Below, piece by piece: positions 14,742 through 28,300 of a DNA stretch of 64,000 nt. Made by a program: the position numbers and the translations under genes. The notes under the pieces are model-generated. The model saw nothing but the letters and a program-made list of their open reading frames with translations. It was not told the DNA's origin and searched no databases. How positions within the stretch are numbered: position 1 is the stretch's first letter; every line of letters starts with the position of its first letter. The stretch covers positions 690,272 to 754,271 of the forward strand of contig NW_002060958.1 in the NCBI RefSeq assembly GCF_000150275.1. The letters run 5' to 3'. This DNA is from Trichoplax adhaerens. Lineage: Eukaryota; Animalia; Placozoa.

Positions 14742-17700
14742 ATGAAACTAAAGGAATATAGTCAAACAGTGCTTATAGGGCTCTTTTTATTAACTTTCGG
14801 CAACGGCTATGAATATTATAGTTGTCCGGACAAATGCCAATGCCAAGATGGTGCAGTTCATTGTAGTTTGCTAGAAGATTCAATATTGGAAGTCCCGAAA
14901 GATACTCGTCAAATGTAAGTGATTTTGTCATTTACATCGTAGTTTTAGATCTAGTGTACGTGTTTGCTGATCATTTATTAGCGACGTAATGGACTTCCAG
15001 GTTAATTTTTGGCTTGAGATAGACGTAGTTATAGCAAGCATTTAGCGATTTTATCGACACGTTTATTTTACTAAAATCAGATCAAAAATATTTCGTACGT
15101 CTATTATTGCCGATACGTTCGTAGTATAATTGTAAATCGATCAAAGCATCTTCCAAGTCTATATTAATACGATTCTTTCCTCTAACTGTAAAGTATCTTT
15201 AAGAAATTAGTTTTTCAGAGTTATGCTTTTCTTTTACGTAGATTAAATGAAAATAGTTTAAGTAGCATGCTAAATTCTAATAGTATGTTAGCATCTATTC
15301 TTTTGATGATATTTACGCTATGCAATGTATTCTTTTCGCGACCATAAATATATTAGGACCATTAGATATTAACAGATTGAGATAAGTTACTTTTTGTTAT
15401 GAAGTAACTACTGTGAAGCTATAACTAGAAAAGATTATTAAAGTTAGAGAATCACCAATACTGATTGCTCATAGCATTGATAGATAAACAAAATTTATTT
15501 AATAAAGTAAAGTGATGCAAAAATTATTAGTTCCTGTTGTAATATTTTATAATATAATTTGTCACTTTTTGTAAATCGCCTATAAAAGATAAAACAATCT
15601 ATTGCGCTTGCCTAATTGAGAAATAATTCTTGATTTATTGCTCTACTCGAGCATTCCTTCAGATTAATTACTAAAATTCATCTTGATTAGTATTTTAGAA
15701 GAAAGTGTGGATTGTAGCCAAATCGCGGTTAGGAAGTTGTTACGCCTTGCTGAAGACTTAGATATCAATTTGATTGGAAAGTGCAAATCACCGAAAGAAT
15801 ATGCTGGATATTCGCTTAAAGATCTTATGGAATTAAAACTATCTAGAGCTCAAGGTGATAGTTCAGGAAATAACCAATAATTATGTATCACTCAGCCAAA
15901 TTTGTCAGAATAACGTCATCGTCAGCTAATTATGATAGACCTATGCCCTTGTAGCATTTATCCTTCTAGTATGAATATTTTATAATAAATTATTCAATCA
16001 ATTCTTGAATATAATTTGATATTTAAAAAATATTTAGAATAATTCGTAATATACGAGTATAACTGTATAGAGCGTTTCCAGTCAATGCTAGCCAAAACGG
16101 CTTATTATGTGCTAACATGAAGAACATAAAAAAAATACTTAAAGTCCGGAACTATGATTTTAATTTAATTTTAATCTTAAATTCTGCGATCGTGAGGGAC
16201 TAATCATTTAATATCATCTTTTCATGTTTTGCATGCAATACACTTTTACTCACATTTCTTAAATGGTCTATTTTATCAGTAAATATGCAGATCATTATGA
16301 CTTCAAAAGATTTGTATAAGAAAGACTGCAATAAGTTTTTAAATTTTTATGCTTCTGTTAAGTGAAATTTAAGACAAGATTATAAATTTATTCTAATTGC
16401 TATTTTTCTTCTAGCAGAGAATGAATTCGCTCGGAAGCCCAGGATAAAAAGAAGTGGTTTTAATATTTCGTCGGTTTACAACTTCCAAGGTATGTATTCT
16501 TTGCAAGGGATAAAGTAAGACTTAGTTTTACGATTGATTGCATTCGTATAAAGTTGATTATGAATCGTAGACTAACTTCTAATAATAAAGTATATGTAGC
16601 AATTTCGATGCTGCCTTTCACAAATTCGAATACTTTGATAACTGTCACATTAATTTGAAATTTCTTATTTCTTATTTTTAAAATTATTCTTATATGCTCG
16701 ATATGTGTACATTTGACCTTGTGAACTGTGAAAAAATCCAGTAAAACCTACTTTTGGCGCAGACTGTAACTTTACACTAGATGATTGTGGATGGAAACAA
16801 GTGGTAGGTATCGATTTCGCGGACTGGAAGCATGGTAAATATTCTAAACAAAATTAATGAATCCCGTAGATCTGAAATCTTTTAATACTGCATGTAGATT
16901 TACGCTCAAGTATGCATGCCTCGATTATGGATTTCTAATTTTCTTCAGACGGTTAACTTGATTAGTATTGAGAAAGTTTTGCTTATTTTACTTTGCAACA
17001 TTTTTCAAAACTAAACTATGGTCTAATTTTATTCATGTGGTACGGCTGATGTAATGTCTTACCGTAGTTAAAAATGTTGGCTTAACATTAACAAGCAAAT
17101 CCACCAAACATACCGCAGGCGAGTTTGCTTACATAGTAAGCCCACCATTGAGAGTCTCTCCTGGCGCTACAAAAAATGAGGTTAGTTTTATACACAAGTA
17201 TTTTATTCTAAAGTTAAAAAATAATGAATACACCGAAAGTTACAAATACGCTTTATAAAAATATCGTAATTGCAGTATTCTACAAGATCTCAGGCCTACG
17301 TTAGCAGAACAAGTACCAGAGGCGCTACATAATAAGGAGCTTTAGATTTCCAAATAATGCATTAAGCTTTATAATAAACGATAAATAATGCAATATATTA
17401 ATTATTGATGCTAGCTTAAGCTAACAGGGAAGGCGGATGGTGTCTGGATGGGATCACTTGATGTTTATCTGATTTATCCGAAGTATAACAATAAAATCGA
17501 CTTCGAGAAAGGAAAGTATCTTCCAGGAAGTTCCTCATCAGTGGGCAAACCGGAAACCATCTTTAGCTATTCAGTTAACCCTGATTATCCGGAATATCAT
17601 GTAAGCAATAATTTGATTTGTAATACGTCTAATTAGAGAGTCTTATTGTAGTTAAATAATCCTTGGCAGTTGTGAGACTAACATAATCTTACGTAATAAA

Positions 17701-20700
17701 GTCAAGTTAACAAGAAACTGTAGTTCTTGTTTACCTTTAAGAAGAGACTTTATCTGTGAAATCAAACTTCATTAAGCTATATGCGGTACTTATTCAAAGT
17801 CAGCTGTTGATTGAATGTAAGGTTGTTGCAGTTGCAATTGGAATTGAGTAAAGTAAAGTTACGGTCGTCGATCAAAACCAGTCTTAATTAAAGCATCAGT
17901 AGTGATGTTGGTGTTAGAAAAGTATCGTAATTCGAATTTAAAGCAACTAACGAGGCAAGCATATTGCGATAGAGAAAATTAGAGTAAAGATTTTTTACAT
18001 TGTCGTAATAAGTTACGGCTTCGGTCTTGACAATCCCCCGTAAAGAAATATTACTTTAATTACTTTGTTTGCTGAAAGGTAATGATCCTTGGAGATTCTG
18101 GATATCTATTCCCACCAGGAGATGGGACTGTTACCCTAATTGACTTTAAAATATGGCCAGCAGGTAATAATTATATGTATTTGTTAACATCAACAGAGAA
18201 TCACGGTCTGCAGTCTTACATAAATACTATGTCATCGGTTTAGTTATAGTTACTAAAAAATTTGCCCTACAACTGACAATAATATTTTTTTATCAACTTA
18301 CTGCATCAAATCGCTTATATATTGTTGATCGCCGATTCCTATAAAGTCGCAAATGCTCCATCTACTATTAATTTAAGCTACAAATTTGATGTATTTAGGG
18401 TTATATTACTGATTAATAAATCATAACTAAAACAAGAACAGATTCTCATATTTTTGAATAATTGCTACGGTACATTGTATCTAGAGGAAACCTGTATTAC
18501 ATCCGACGGTGATTACTATCGTGGACGTGTAAGAGTTACAGAAACTGGCAAAAACTGCATCTCTTGGTCAAAGGCACCTCCTCCATTTACAAGTTCAAAC
18601 TACCAAGAATACGATTTATGGACCAACTGGTGTCGAAACCCTGGTGCCAGTCGGGCTAAACCGTGGTGTTATATATCCGATACTACATTTGAATGGGAAT
18701 ACTGCAATATAACAACTTGCGGTCCAACAAATATTACGTCAGGCAGTCTTTATCCACTAGGAGGTGAGGGAATTTAGGAGGAAATTAAAGTTGCAACTCA
18801 CCGGTACTTGTACTCTTCATTTGCAATCTAATTGAGGAAGTGACCATATCGATAGATCTGGGCTTCTATTGATTGAATATAAACTATTTTAAGTATTTAT
18901 TAGAAGAACATTTTTCTTTAAATTATGCCTTTCCGCGAATGATTTTACGATATTTCACGATAATTTCAAAATGACGACAGTCTCTAGTACGAGTACGTTA
19001 ATTTCAATCTCTAATAATTCTGAAATATTCGTATTTGAAGCCTCAGATGAATTTCAATGAGTAATAACTACTAAATTTCTAAAAATTAAGGCCATCATAC
19101 AGTAGCTTCTAAAAAAGCCAATAAGCAAATATAGAAATATTGTGATATTAGTTAATGGGATTCAGAGGTTTTATTATAATTTTTTTAAATATCAATGCCT
19201 ACAAAGGCTTACAGGTCAAGTGTAATTACTAACAGTAGTGTAATATGCTGAAAATATATTCAAGTGGATTAATATCAGAACATATTACTTGATTTCAATA
19301 GAGAAAAATCCGGTAGCAATCACAGCATTGGAAAACAGAGCTGACTCCAAAGACGTCGGTCAATTAGCAGTATACGCTAACGGCTACTGGTTTGGAATTT
19401 GTAATTCTTCAGTTCAAGTAGCACCTAACATAATAAATCTTATGTGTCGGCAAACTAACCTCGGCTCTTATGGGAGTTACTGGAGTAAGAAACGACGAAT
19501 AATATTCCTAAAATACGAGTATAATAAAAGTTTACATGGTACCAATGACTGTTAATATAACTCAACATGCGTTTCGTTAAATTTTTACATGCACAGGCAT
19601 TCCAGTCAATATGTCAAATTCTCGCTGCATATCGGCACAGGCTATTTCTTGTCCTCAATCTGCAAAATCTTTTTCTGAATGTACCGTATCTGCAAGTCTT
19701 GCATCAGCTTCTTCTGCACAGAATGTTTGGATATCATGCTATGCAGAGCCTTCTCTCAATACATTAAGTAAGTTAGCCTTGGTATACATGCAAGTATTTT
19801 AATTATAGCATTAAAAAGTTGGATATGTTCTTGTAAAACAAAATTTATTTCATCATGAAATATGTATATATATACTAAATTAGCAGTTAGATTTTGGTGA
19901 CAAATACTAAAATATAATTTTTGGTTAGACGATTACTTTGCTCACTAACCAGAATGTGCACTTTCTAAATTTTAGCTGCGAATAAGTACAAGCTTGACAT
20001 CGACGTTGTAGGCACAATTAATAATTATACAGGTCTTCCTATGATCGGCTTTAACAATCAAGAAGGAGGAATTTGCTTACATGATTGGACTTATAATAAC
20101 AATGCTGCGTCAGTTTTCTGTAGAGAACTTGGTTACACTGGTGTGAGGCGAAGAAACGGTAAATATTTAGTATTTCATATCAGCTTTATGAAAAACGTAG
20201 ATACCATTATTAGCTGTCACGATTGTAACTTTAATTGCGATTAATTCGTAATAACTGCCTTAATATAGTTCAATTTCTTGAGGTAACCTACCCTATGAGC
20301 TTGATAAGTTTCGTTCGTTGTTTGGGATACGAGACAAAACTTTCTCAATGCACCATAGAAACTACCAGCACTCCCAAGCCTTGTACCTACAATATATCTT
20401 GGTACCATCCTAATGAAACAGCTACTGTTCAATGTGATCCCGGGAATGACAAAAAATACTATAGTAAGATACTTGATCGTTTATTATTTGCTTGCATTGT
20501 AATATAGGACACTATTTAAGTGTATTTGTTGTGAATTCGGTAGTCATTTAAGCAATGCGTAATAATATAGGAGATTAACAACAGGCAGGGTATTGAATAA
20601 CTATGATATGCTCTAGTAGCTGTTGAGCAATTAAAAATGAATTTAATTATAATTATAGAGTACGAGATTTAGTAACATTAATTTTTACCTCAAAATAAGC

Positions 20701-22020
20701 TACAACCAATCAGCCTTCTTACTGTACGTTCGAATATGGTTATTGTGGATGGAGTTCGGGCCAGGGAGTATCCTGGATTTGGAAACGCTCTGACGGCATA
20801 CATTACAAGCCGACACAAAAAGGTATTACTAATCATTTAAGATACCTATCCGAATATGAACATCTTGTCGATTATTAAATACTACAAATACAAATACAAA
20901 GATAAAACATCCGCTCTTAAATCGCTAAGATAAATCGTTGTGTTCTAATTGTGCCTGATTCTGTTGATCAGTCTATGCAGATTCAGGGTATGTTTTTGTC
21001 AAAAGGTTTCCTTACAATGAATCAAGCAGCTCAGCTACATTCACAAGTCCTATCTTTAAAAGAAAATCGGGATCTATCTATGTACGAATAAGGAATGAAA
21101 TATTTTATATTTAAATGCAGTAGTTTAAGTTCTATTAATAGGGACATAAACCATAAGAAATGCTATATATTTTATTCGCATAATAAATAAGTTAGCTATA
21201 TCTTGTTTTATAGATAACTTATGACCACTACGTAGGCGGTATATTAGGTAATAGCACGTGGAGAATGAAGTATAAGCTAGTCAACAGTAGTACATGGATT
21301 ACAATAAATGAAAGTACCGTAAGGCTAACAAATGGTTGGGAAAGTGTAAACGCATCAAAAAATAACTTCGCCCCAACAAACGATTTTCAAGTAAGCTCTA
21401 CGTATGGCTAGATCATCTTCGAATGAGATTCAACTTAAACTAGTCCTATGCAACTGATAATATGAATAGGCATTTATTGAAAAGCGATTATTTAGCGATT
21501 CTATTGCGATAATCTAAGATGATAAGTGTATGATACCACATTTTGGTAAAATAATATTTAAAAGCCAGAGAATATAGCTATGTCTCCATATTCATTTTAC
21601 TGCATTTAACAAATTATGACATTTTGCAATTAAATTGTACAACCTTTTATCACTCCTTTTTTTCCGGTGAATTGATTTTTCAATGATTTGCTATTACGTC
21701 TGTAGATCGAACTTAGTCTTAGTTGGGTAGTAGGTAATGATTTGCCCTCTTCCAGCGTATTTGCACTAGATAATCTCGTCGTTCATAACGTTATGGGTAT
21801 CTTTGGTAAGATGCTAGTTATTTCCGTGTATGAAAAGAAAACTTTTGGATGATATTAATATTAGAGTAACAATTTTATTTCTTAATAATTAATAGATAAG
21901 CCTACCACTCTACCTCCTACTATGACTACTCTTGCAACTGGGAATGCTCGCAGCCAATTTCAAAATTTGTATGCATTTGTTGCTTTTCTTATCATAGGAA
22001 TTTTTAAAATTATTTCATAA
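14742..22020 (+). CDS. Mosaic cell-surface protein, probably GPI-anchored: SP-LRRNT-LRRCT-furin site-MAM-kringle-SRCR-SRCR-MAM-GPI; 17 exons, ~834 aa
   Basis: Frame-consistent GT-AG exons: 14742-14914 (MKLKEYSQTVLIGLFLLTFGNG..CPDKCQCQDGAVHC); 15691-15854 (DCSQ..KCKSPKEYAGYSLKDL); 16415-16489 (RKPRIKR/S); MAM1 16763-16834 (CNFTLDDCGW), 17068-17180, 17415-17600, 18079-18163; kringle 18485-18763; SRCR1 19302-19484, 19597-19767; SRCR2 19976-20158, 20269-20463; MAM2 20700-20822 (CTFEYGYCGW), 20981-21081, 21214-21390, 21706-21805; last exon 21896-22020 (Thr/Pro stalk, GNA, hydrophobic LYAFVAFLIIGIF, stop TAA). Confidence 0.8.
18485..18763 (+). CDS. Kringle domain exon
   Basis: CITSDGDYYRG..TETGKNCISW..NWCRNPGASRAKPWCY..WEYCNITTC is the full 6-Cys kringle signature; phase 1-1 exon. 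Confidence 0.95.
19302..20463 (+). CDS. Two divergent SRCR domains, two exons each
   Basis: SRCR1: GQLAVYANGYWFGIC..LMCRQTNLG / SCPQSAKSFSEC..VWISC. SRCR2: GGICLHDW..AASVFCRELGY / VRCLGYETKLSQC..ATVQC. Confidence 0.8.
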
Positions 22021-22110
22021 AGTTGCTAAAGCCTTACTACAACGCGTAAGAAATATAATTTAAAAAAAATTACCCTAACTTAGATCAACTGCTTCTGTTC
22101 AAACCGTCGT

Positions 22111-22116
22111 AATAAA
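22111..22116 (+). terminator. Candidate polyadenylation signal
   Basis: AATAAA about 90 bp after the stop codon at 22020; weak evidence in AT-rich DNA. Confidence 0.35.
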
Positions 22117-24227
22117 CTATCGTTAAAATACTCCATAGTCATTAAAATATAAAGCTGATAAAAACTAATGGATTTTTGTCTGCCGCAATCAACAACAAAT
22201 GTCTACTCAATCGTTAAATTTAGCGAAGGTGTTATAAATAATAAAAACACTAGCAAGATGTTACGATTTTATCTGAACCTTGACAGATAGCAGCTCTGCT
22301 GGATGTTCTCCTGGGACTTGCTCGCCGGTTTTGCGTAAACCTATCGATACTTTATGTTTCAATGCGTGTTTCGTATTTTACTTACTGGAGAATTAGCGTA
22401 GGTAATCCGATTATTCTCCACATAAATGAAACAATTATCAATTATTTACTTTTTAGTTGTTTCCTTTATTTATCGTTTCCCTTTTTATTAGATCTAATAA
22501 TGTTATACTCTCAAAATTTCGTAAGTCTTGCTAGGCTTAGCAAAGAAAGCTCTCTCTTTAATATTTCCTTACTTAATATGACTTCGTAGCCTCATGTTAC
22601 GTCGTACTACGCTGTACGGTATGTGCATGAAACTATTGAACTCTGATATCATGCTTACCTGATTAATAAGTGTAACTACCGACGACGATGATACCTGGTA
22701 CACCGCTAATAAGCTAGCTTATGGCAAAGATTCTTATATTTATAACTTTAGCTTTTTAACTCAAGTTAAACGCAATAGAGCGGACTGCAGATTTTTACAG
22801 TGCTGCATAGGTTGCACAGCATAGGCTGAAATATCTTACTTAGAATACCAGTTACGCGAAGCATCAAAGAGAGAAAATGCACCAGTTGAATACCGATACA
22901 ATTTACACGGGCATCAATTAGAATTAGAATTGATATGAACCAATATAGTATCAGTTGTTATGTTACAAAAATACGTTGATAAGCTCATAATGAAACTTAA
23001 ACGCTAGATCAGATTACCCGTAATGCCTTATTAAATATTATTTAGTTGCAATTACAACAGCAGAACAAATCGGTAGGTATGCTACAGCAATGCGCTCTGA
23101 CACTACAGGCTGCTACGTAATACTATCATGGTTTCGTTTGTTTAAAAAAGCATTTTAATCGTCAGCAAAGAAATAGAATTTTAACTAAGGAATAGATTAT
23201 TCCAGAGTAAGGTAAGACTCTCAATCAGAGATTTCAGTAATTTAATGCTACTCTACTTTTTCATTCCGGCTTTTGCTCTACGCAGTCTACCGTATGAGGA
23301 AAGCGGGGCAATAACTCCAGCTTACTCAAGCAAATTCGGTATTCTGCGTTTTGTAATTCTTTATTGGATGTATTACTAACACAATCAGCTTGCAACAAGA
23401 AAATACGCCTAAGACTTTAGATTAAATGTGTAATAACACGCTATTAAAGAGCCTATAAAATATTAATGCCTCCTCCAACAAGCGTAATTTTTATTTACTT
23501 TATTTTAAAGTTTAGTCTTGACGTCTAAAACCAGCACACTACCAAGTACAGTATTCCTGTCTTTTATTTCTTATGACAACATCAGCCCAAAAATTATGTT
23601 TTACAATAAATGCTATACATAAATATTCTCCCAGAAACCATAGTGACACATTACTTCAAGCTGCTTTACTTAAGTAATTGAGGATGTCGCTCTAAATCTA
23701 AATCCAAACAATAAGCAAGTTGGTGCAACAGGCACTCTTTATATTGCTAATGGCCAATATCATAGAATGCTTACTAGAAATTATACTAGATACTACATAA
23801 ACCATCGAATGAACCCCTATATACTTTCGCATTTTGCATTTTCGAGTTATAATTGCACATTAGAATTCCAAAATTTTAGAGGCATTCTCATACAAAAGGA
23901 ATATGCATACAAGTTGTAATAGAACACAAATGCTAAACGCTTGATAAAACCATCGAATTATTAATAAATTAAAATTTTCTGCAAACAAAAGGAAATTTAG
24001 GAGTAATGAAGCTCTACTTGTACACAAAACTGTAATGAAATACAAATGTTAAACCCTTATTATATAACGTCAATAAACGTCGATGTAAGCTTTCTGAAAA
24101 TTTAGGTGCATTTATAGTGACATTTAGCATTAATGAAACTCTACCTACAAAATACTACTAAATAATTTATCTTTCAATCCCATGAGTAGATGGTTCCGTG
24201 CTGAGATAGTCATTGGTACAACCAGTA

Positions 24228-25329
24228 TTAATCGTCAGAGATTTCATTTACGAACGTTTCCATTTGAACCACCTTCTTTTCGTAGATACTATTAATGTCG
24301 ACTTTTTGAGTACGAGTGAATGTAGAAGTTACACCAGTTTCTGGTCGGCGCTTAAATATTAATCGAATAACTTCTACACTGGTCAAAGTGTATAAATAAG
24401 GATTAATTGCTGAATTTAAAGGCAAAACAAACGTTGCAATAAATTGTAGTGCGACAGTATCTACTTGTCCATCTTTTAATAGCCCTGCTACGCTTATATA
24501 GTAATATGGTACCCATGTCACTAAATCAGACACCAAAATTAGAGCCAATCTTACGGCTAAAGCCTTATTATCAGTTGTTGATGATTTTCGAATGTTTTTA
24601 CTGCTTTCTTTGACAGCGAAAAATATACGAACATACAGTATAATCATAATGATCCACGCCATAAATGTCATTGCTAAATAGGAGATCATCCAAATTTTAA
24701 AGTAAAAATTTTGGTAATTATTAGGCATGCACATACTACTGTACTTATAAATTCTTAAATAGCCTGGTTGTTGTATACTAAATAACACTGGCACAGCTGA
24801 GAAAATGATACTAAATGACCATAATACTCCTAATGCAATCTTGGCCCGTCCAACCGTCATTCTTTTAGTCGAGAAAGGATATACGATACAAATGTATCTA
24901 TCAGTGCTGATAATAATCATTATAAAAACCGATGTTAAACTTGATAATGTTACAAAAAAGCAAGCAATAAGACAAGCTGGATGCGATAGCCATGTTTCCG
25001 ATTTGATTCCATAATCACCACGAGTAAACATTAAATCAGCAATGGCAATGATCATTAAATAGAGACTCATAATTAAATCGGATACCGCTAGATTGCTAAC
25101 CAAAAAAGTAGGAACACTTTTTCTTTTTCTCTTGCTTAGGTGGTAGTTCTGAATCAGAACTAAAACATTACCAAGAAGAGCTAGACCACCAACAATCCAA
25201 ATAAATGTTTGTAAAGTGATGTGTGCCAGTAATCGATAGCATGAGGACAGAGTATCAGAATACATGCTTGGTTGACAAATTCTCACTTTTGCAGGAACCA
25301 TGCAGCAGAGATATTCTCGCTCTGTTATA
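24228..25329 (-). CDS. Terminal exon: hinge plus 7TM domain of the LRR-GPCR
   Basis: Acceptor AG at 25330-25331 (minus strand). Hinge reads ITEREYLCCMVPAKVRICQPSMYSDTLSSCYRLL. LGR-type motifs follow: TM2 SNLAVSDLIMSLYLMIIAIAD, TM3 STDRY, TM6 LILVSDLVTWVP, TM7 NSAINPYLY. Contains the 357-aa ORF of the track. Confidence 0.95.
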
Positions 25330-28300
25330 CTTAAATAATATTAAATTAACTGCAATTAGAATACCACTACCTAGTAACTATAGCAAATAAGTATTTGGAA
25401 ATATATGCTCCTGATAATAATTCGAAATATAAAGCTAAGGGTGTTCCTTAAGCTTTTTTAATTCTGAATCATTATCAGTTTTGCACAATAAGTGCCCATA
25501 AAAGGATATACATGTTATCGGATACATTTAAGTATTTACCGTGTCTGAACTACGGATAGCAATTTTTATAAGTTTACTTACACTGTCAAAAGCAAGGGTG
25601 GTCCATAAAACGATACAGGAGTAAGGTAGGCAAGATGATTACCTAATGCATTTCTAATATCATACGTAATAGTAACAAGTCGTAAGACAAGCTGACTATT
25701 AGATTTTATCTGATATAAATTATAGGCTTACTAAAACAGTACAATCTATAAGGTGAATATAGATAAAGCAGATTCAATAACGGACAGTTTATGAATCATT
25801 GCTGCCTTAACTCACATTATCTTCAATTCAATAAGCCCTTTAAAACACCTGCTTGTGAGTTTATCAATCTGATTATTTCTAATATCCCTTTACGAAAGAG
25901 CATCCGTTAATACGATGTGTTAAAGAATAGATAAATAAATGCACATTGACACTGTATCGACGTTACAGTCTAGCATAAGTGCAGTTTCTTATTTCTTAAT
26001 TTTTGGCTATGTACTTACAAGATCTGAAGAGATGGAAAATAATTTCCCAAACGCTGTTCACAGATATTTGAAATGTTATTATGAGATATATTCCTAAAAT
26101 TATTTGTAGGCTAGCGTAAGTTTATGATACATATTATAGGAGTCCTTATTCTAGTGTCTTAACCTTTTTCTAAGTAATCTTTTATTTAGCATTTGACATT
26201 GCAAACTTGCTAAGCAGGCTTTATATTATTTATTTTCAAAATTACAACATCTTGTTTCTATAATCTAGCCAATACTCGATATAGTACATTTCAGTCTTTA
26301 CTTACAGAGTAGTAATTACTTGATATTGCACAGCTTTTGAAAACGTTAAATTTTGTAATGCATTTCCAGATAATTGTCTGATGTATACCAGAGTGATATA
26401 AACAGAATAATGCTTAAAGATTAATAAAATTTATCGAGTAAGCTCTCTGCAATTTGATAATTGAAAGATCATAAGATTGGAATAAGAGTTAAAACCTTCA
26501 GTCGGTAACGCAAATTCACACATACTATAAAAATACGAGTATATCTTACAGATTTTCAAGACTATCCCGATAAGTCTCTGCTAGATCAGTGATATCAATG
26601 GTTTCCAGTTGATTATAACTAATATCTCTGAAAATTAATAACGATTATTAGACGTTAAAATAGCTATCATTAATTTAAACTTATAATCTAGCCAAAAATA
26701 GATACGACGATAGCATATGCTGTACGTATTTCAACAGCGTACATTTCTAAAACGCATTAGATAAGGCTTACTATACTTACATAACTTTTACCATTCTAAA
26801 AAGGCGAAATATCTTTTCCGGAATACGAGAAATATTACAGCTGCTTATTTTTCTAAAGTATTTATCAATTTCAACAATGTAATTGCTAATCTGATACATT
26901 TTAAATGGTAGTTTATTCAATTAAAATTAAATATAAGCAATTTCCAATGAAACTGAAATTTATTTCACTTTTGTAAAGTTTTCTGATAGTACAAGATGTA
27001 AGCGTTTATTTCAGGAAATTGATAAACATTTAGATTAGCTAATTTCTTTTTGTTTTAGAATAATCAATCTGAAAAAATTGTCAGCTACGCTAGTTGTTAT
27101 TATAAACAAAAAACATGATAATTCTGGCTATTTTGTGTAATTGCGCTTTCATTATTTATTATAAGTTAACAATCTACTAGGCCGTAAGAAATAAGTTTAG
27201 ATAGGATAATTGTATGATTTGTAGAAGCTAAAATTCTTCGGTATTACTATATGTCGTTAAAATTCACGTAGAGCATAATTATTAAAGAATGTTTGAGGGT
27301 ATTCGCTAGATTCTACTGTATAAATGCTAATATTCACGCTTCATAATATCAAGGTAAATAAAGTATTTAAATGTAATCACTTATTTGCAGGTTTATGATT
27401 AAGTACGAGATAAGCTAAGATGAGTAGCAATTCTCTATATTAACAAGTACTTGGAAATCTGATTGTAGAATAAACATTTAAAAACTTATTTTCTTATTGC
27501 ATGAAGGCACTGAAGTAGATAAGATTATAAATTAAATAAAAGCAATTTTAGTGGTAACAATTATAGTAATATCGAGATTCTGTGGATACCTGATTGTGTT
27601 AAAATAAATTCGCTAAGTTTCCATAATACTGCTAAGCTACTTCTGTACTTATAACGACTGTTCATAATAAATAACATTTTCATTTTGAACGATCATAAAT
27701 TCTTAGTTTAAGTACCAGAATTTCTTATCGTTGTATCAGTTGCGCATATTTGATAAGATATTAGATCAAAAACTTACACTGATAGTAAGAATGGGGCAAT
27801 ACCTTTCCAAAGTACTGCCATAATTCGTGACAAACTTATTGGATTATAGCTTAAATCTCTAGACAAAAATTGATAAATTTGTAACAATTAGCGCAAATCT
27901 ACGATTTAGGATTACCATAGATGATATAATTAATCCTTGACTGACAAGTAGCTGTGCTGTTGTAGCGAAAGTATCTCGCAATTATTCTATCTAATCTCAG
28001 GCAGAAATATAATTTAATGAATGCTTTATTACAAAGTTTAAGACTAGCTCATCTCGACGGTTCTTAAATAAATTTTGTTTAACTTTTTCGCGACAACAAA
28101 GTTATCTACAATCAAATCCGTATCATCAACAAAAGACTTATCCTCCACTAGATTACCGAAATATTTTACACTACCAATCGATCTGGATAAAACATCAATA
28201 TTTTTCTATAAATATTTAATAGCGCATGCTGAGTACCATCATAATTACAGTACACGGAGCCACCTAGATCTGGTTACCATACTTGACTTAGTGGCTAATA

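Noticed and set aside
17276-17345. Candidate extra exon within MAM1
   Set aside because: Stop in the required phase-0 frame; the flanking exons join well without it.
24805-25014. Antisense ORFs (24805, 28419, 51256, 53807, 20241, 16460)
   Set aside because: Shadows of real exons on the opposite strand.
24228-25329. Naming the gene RXFP1/2, LGR4-6 or FSHR
   Set aside because: No LDLa module, very different LRR count, and orthology cannot be shown without a phylogeny.
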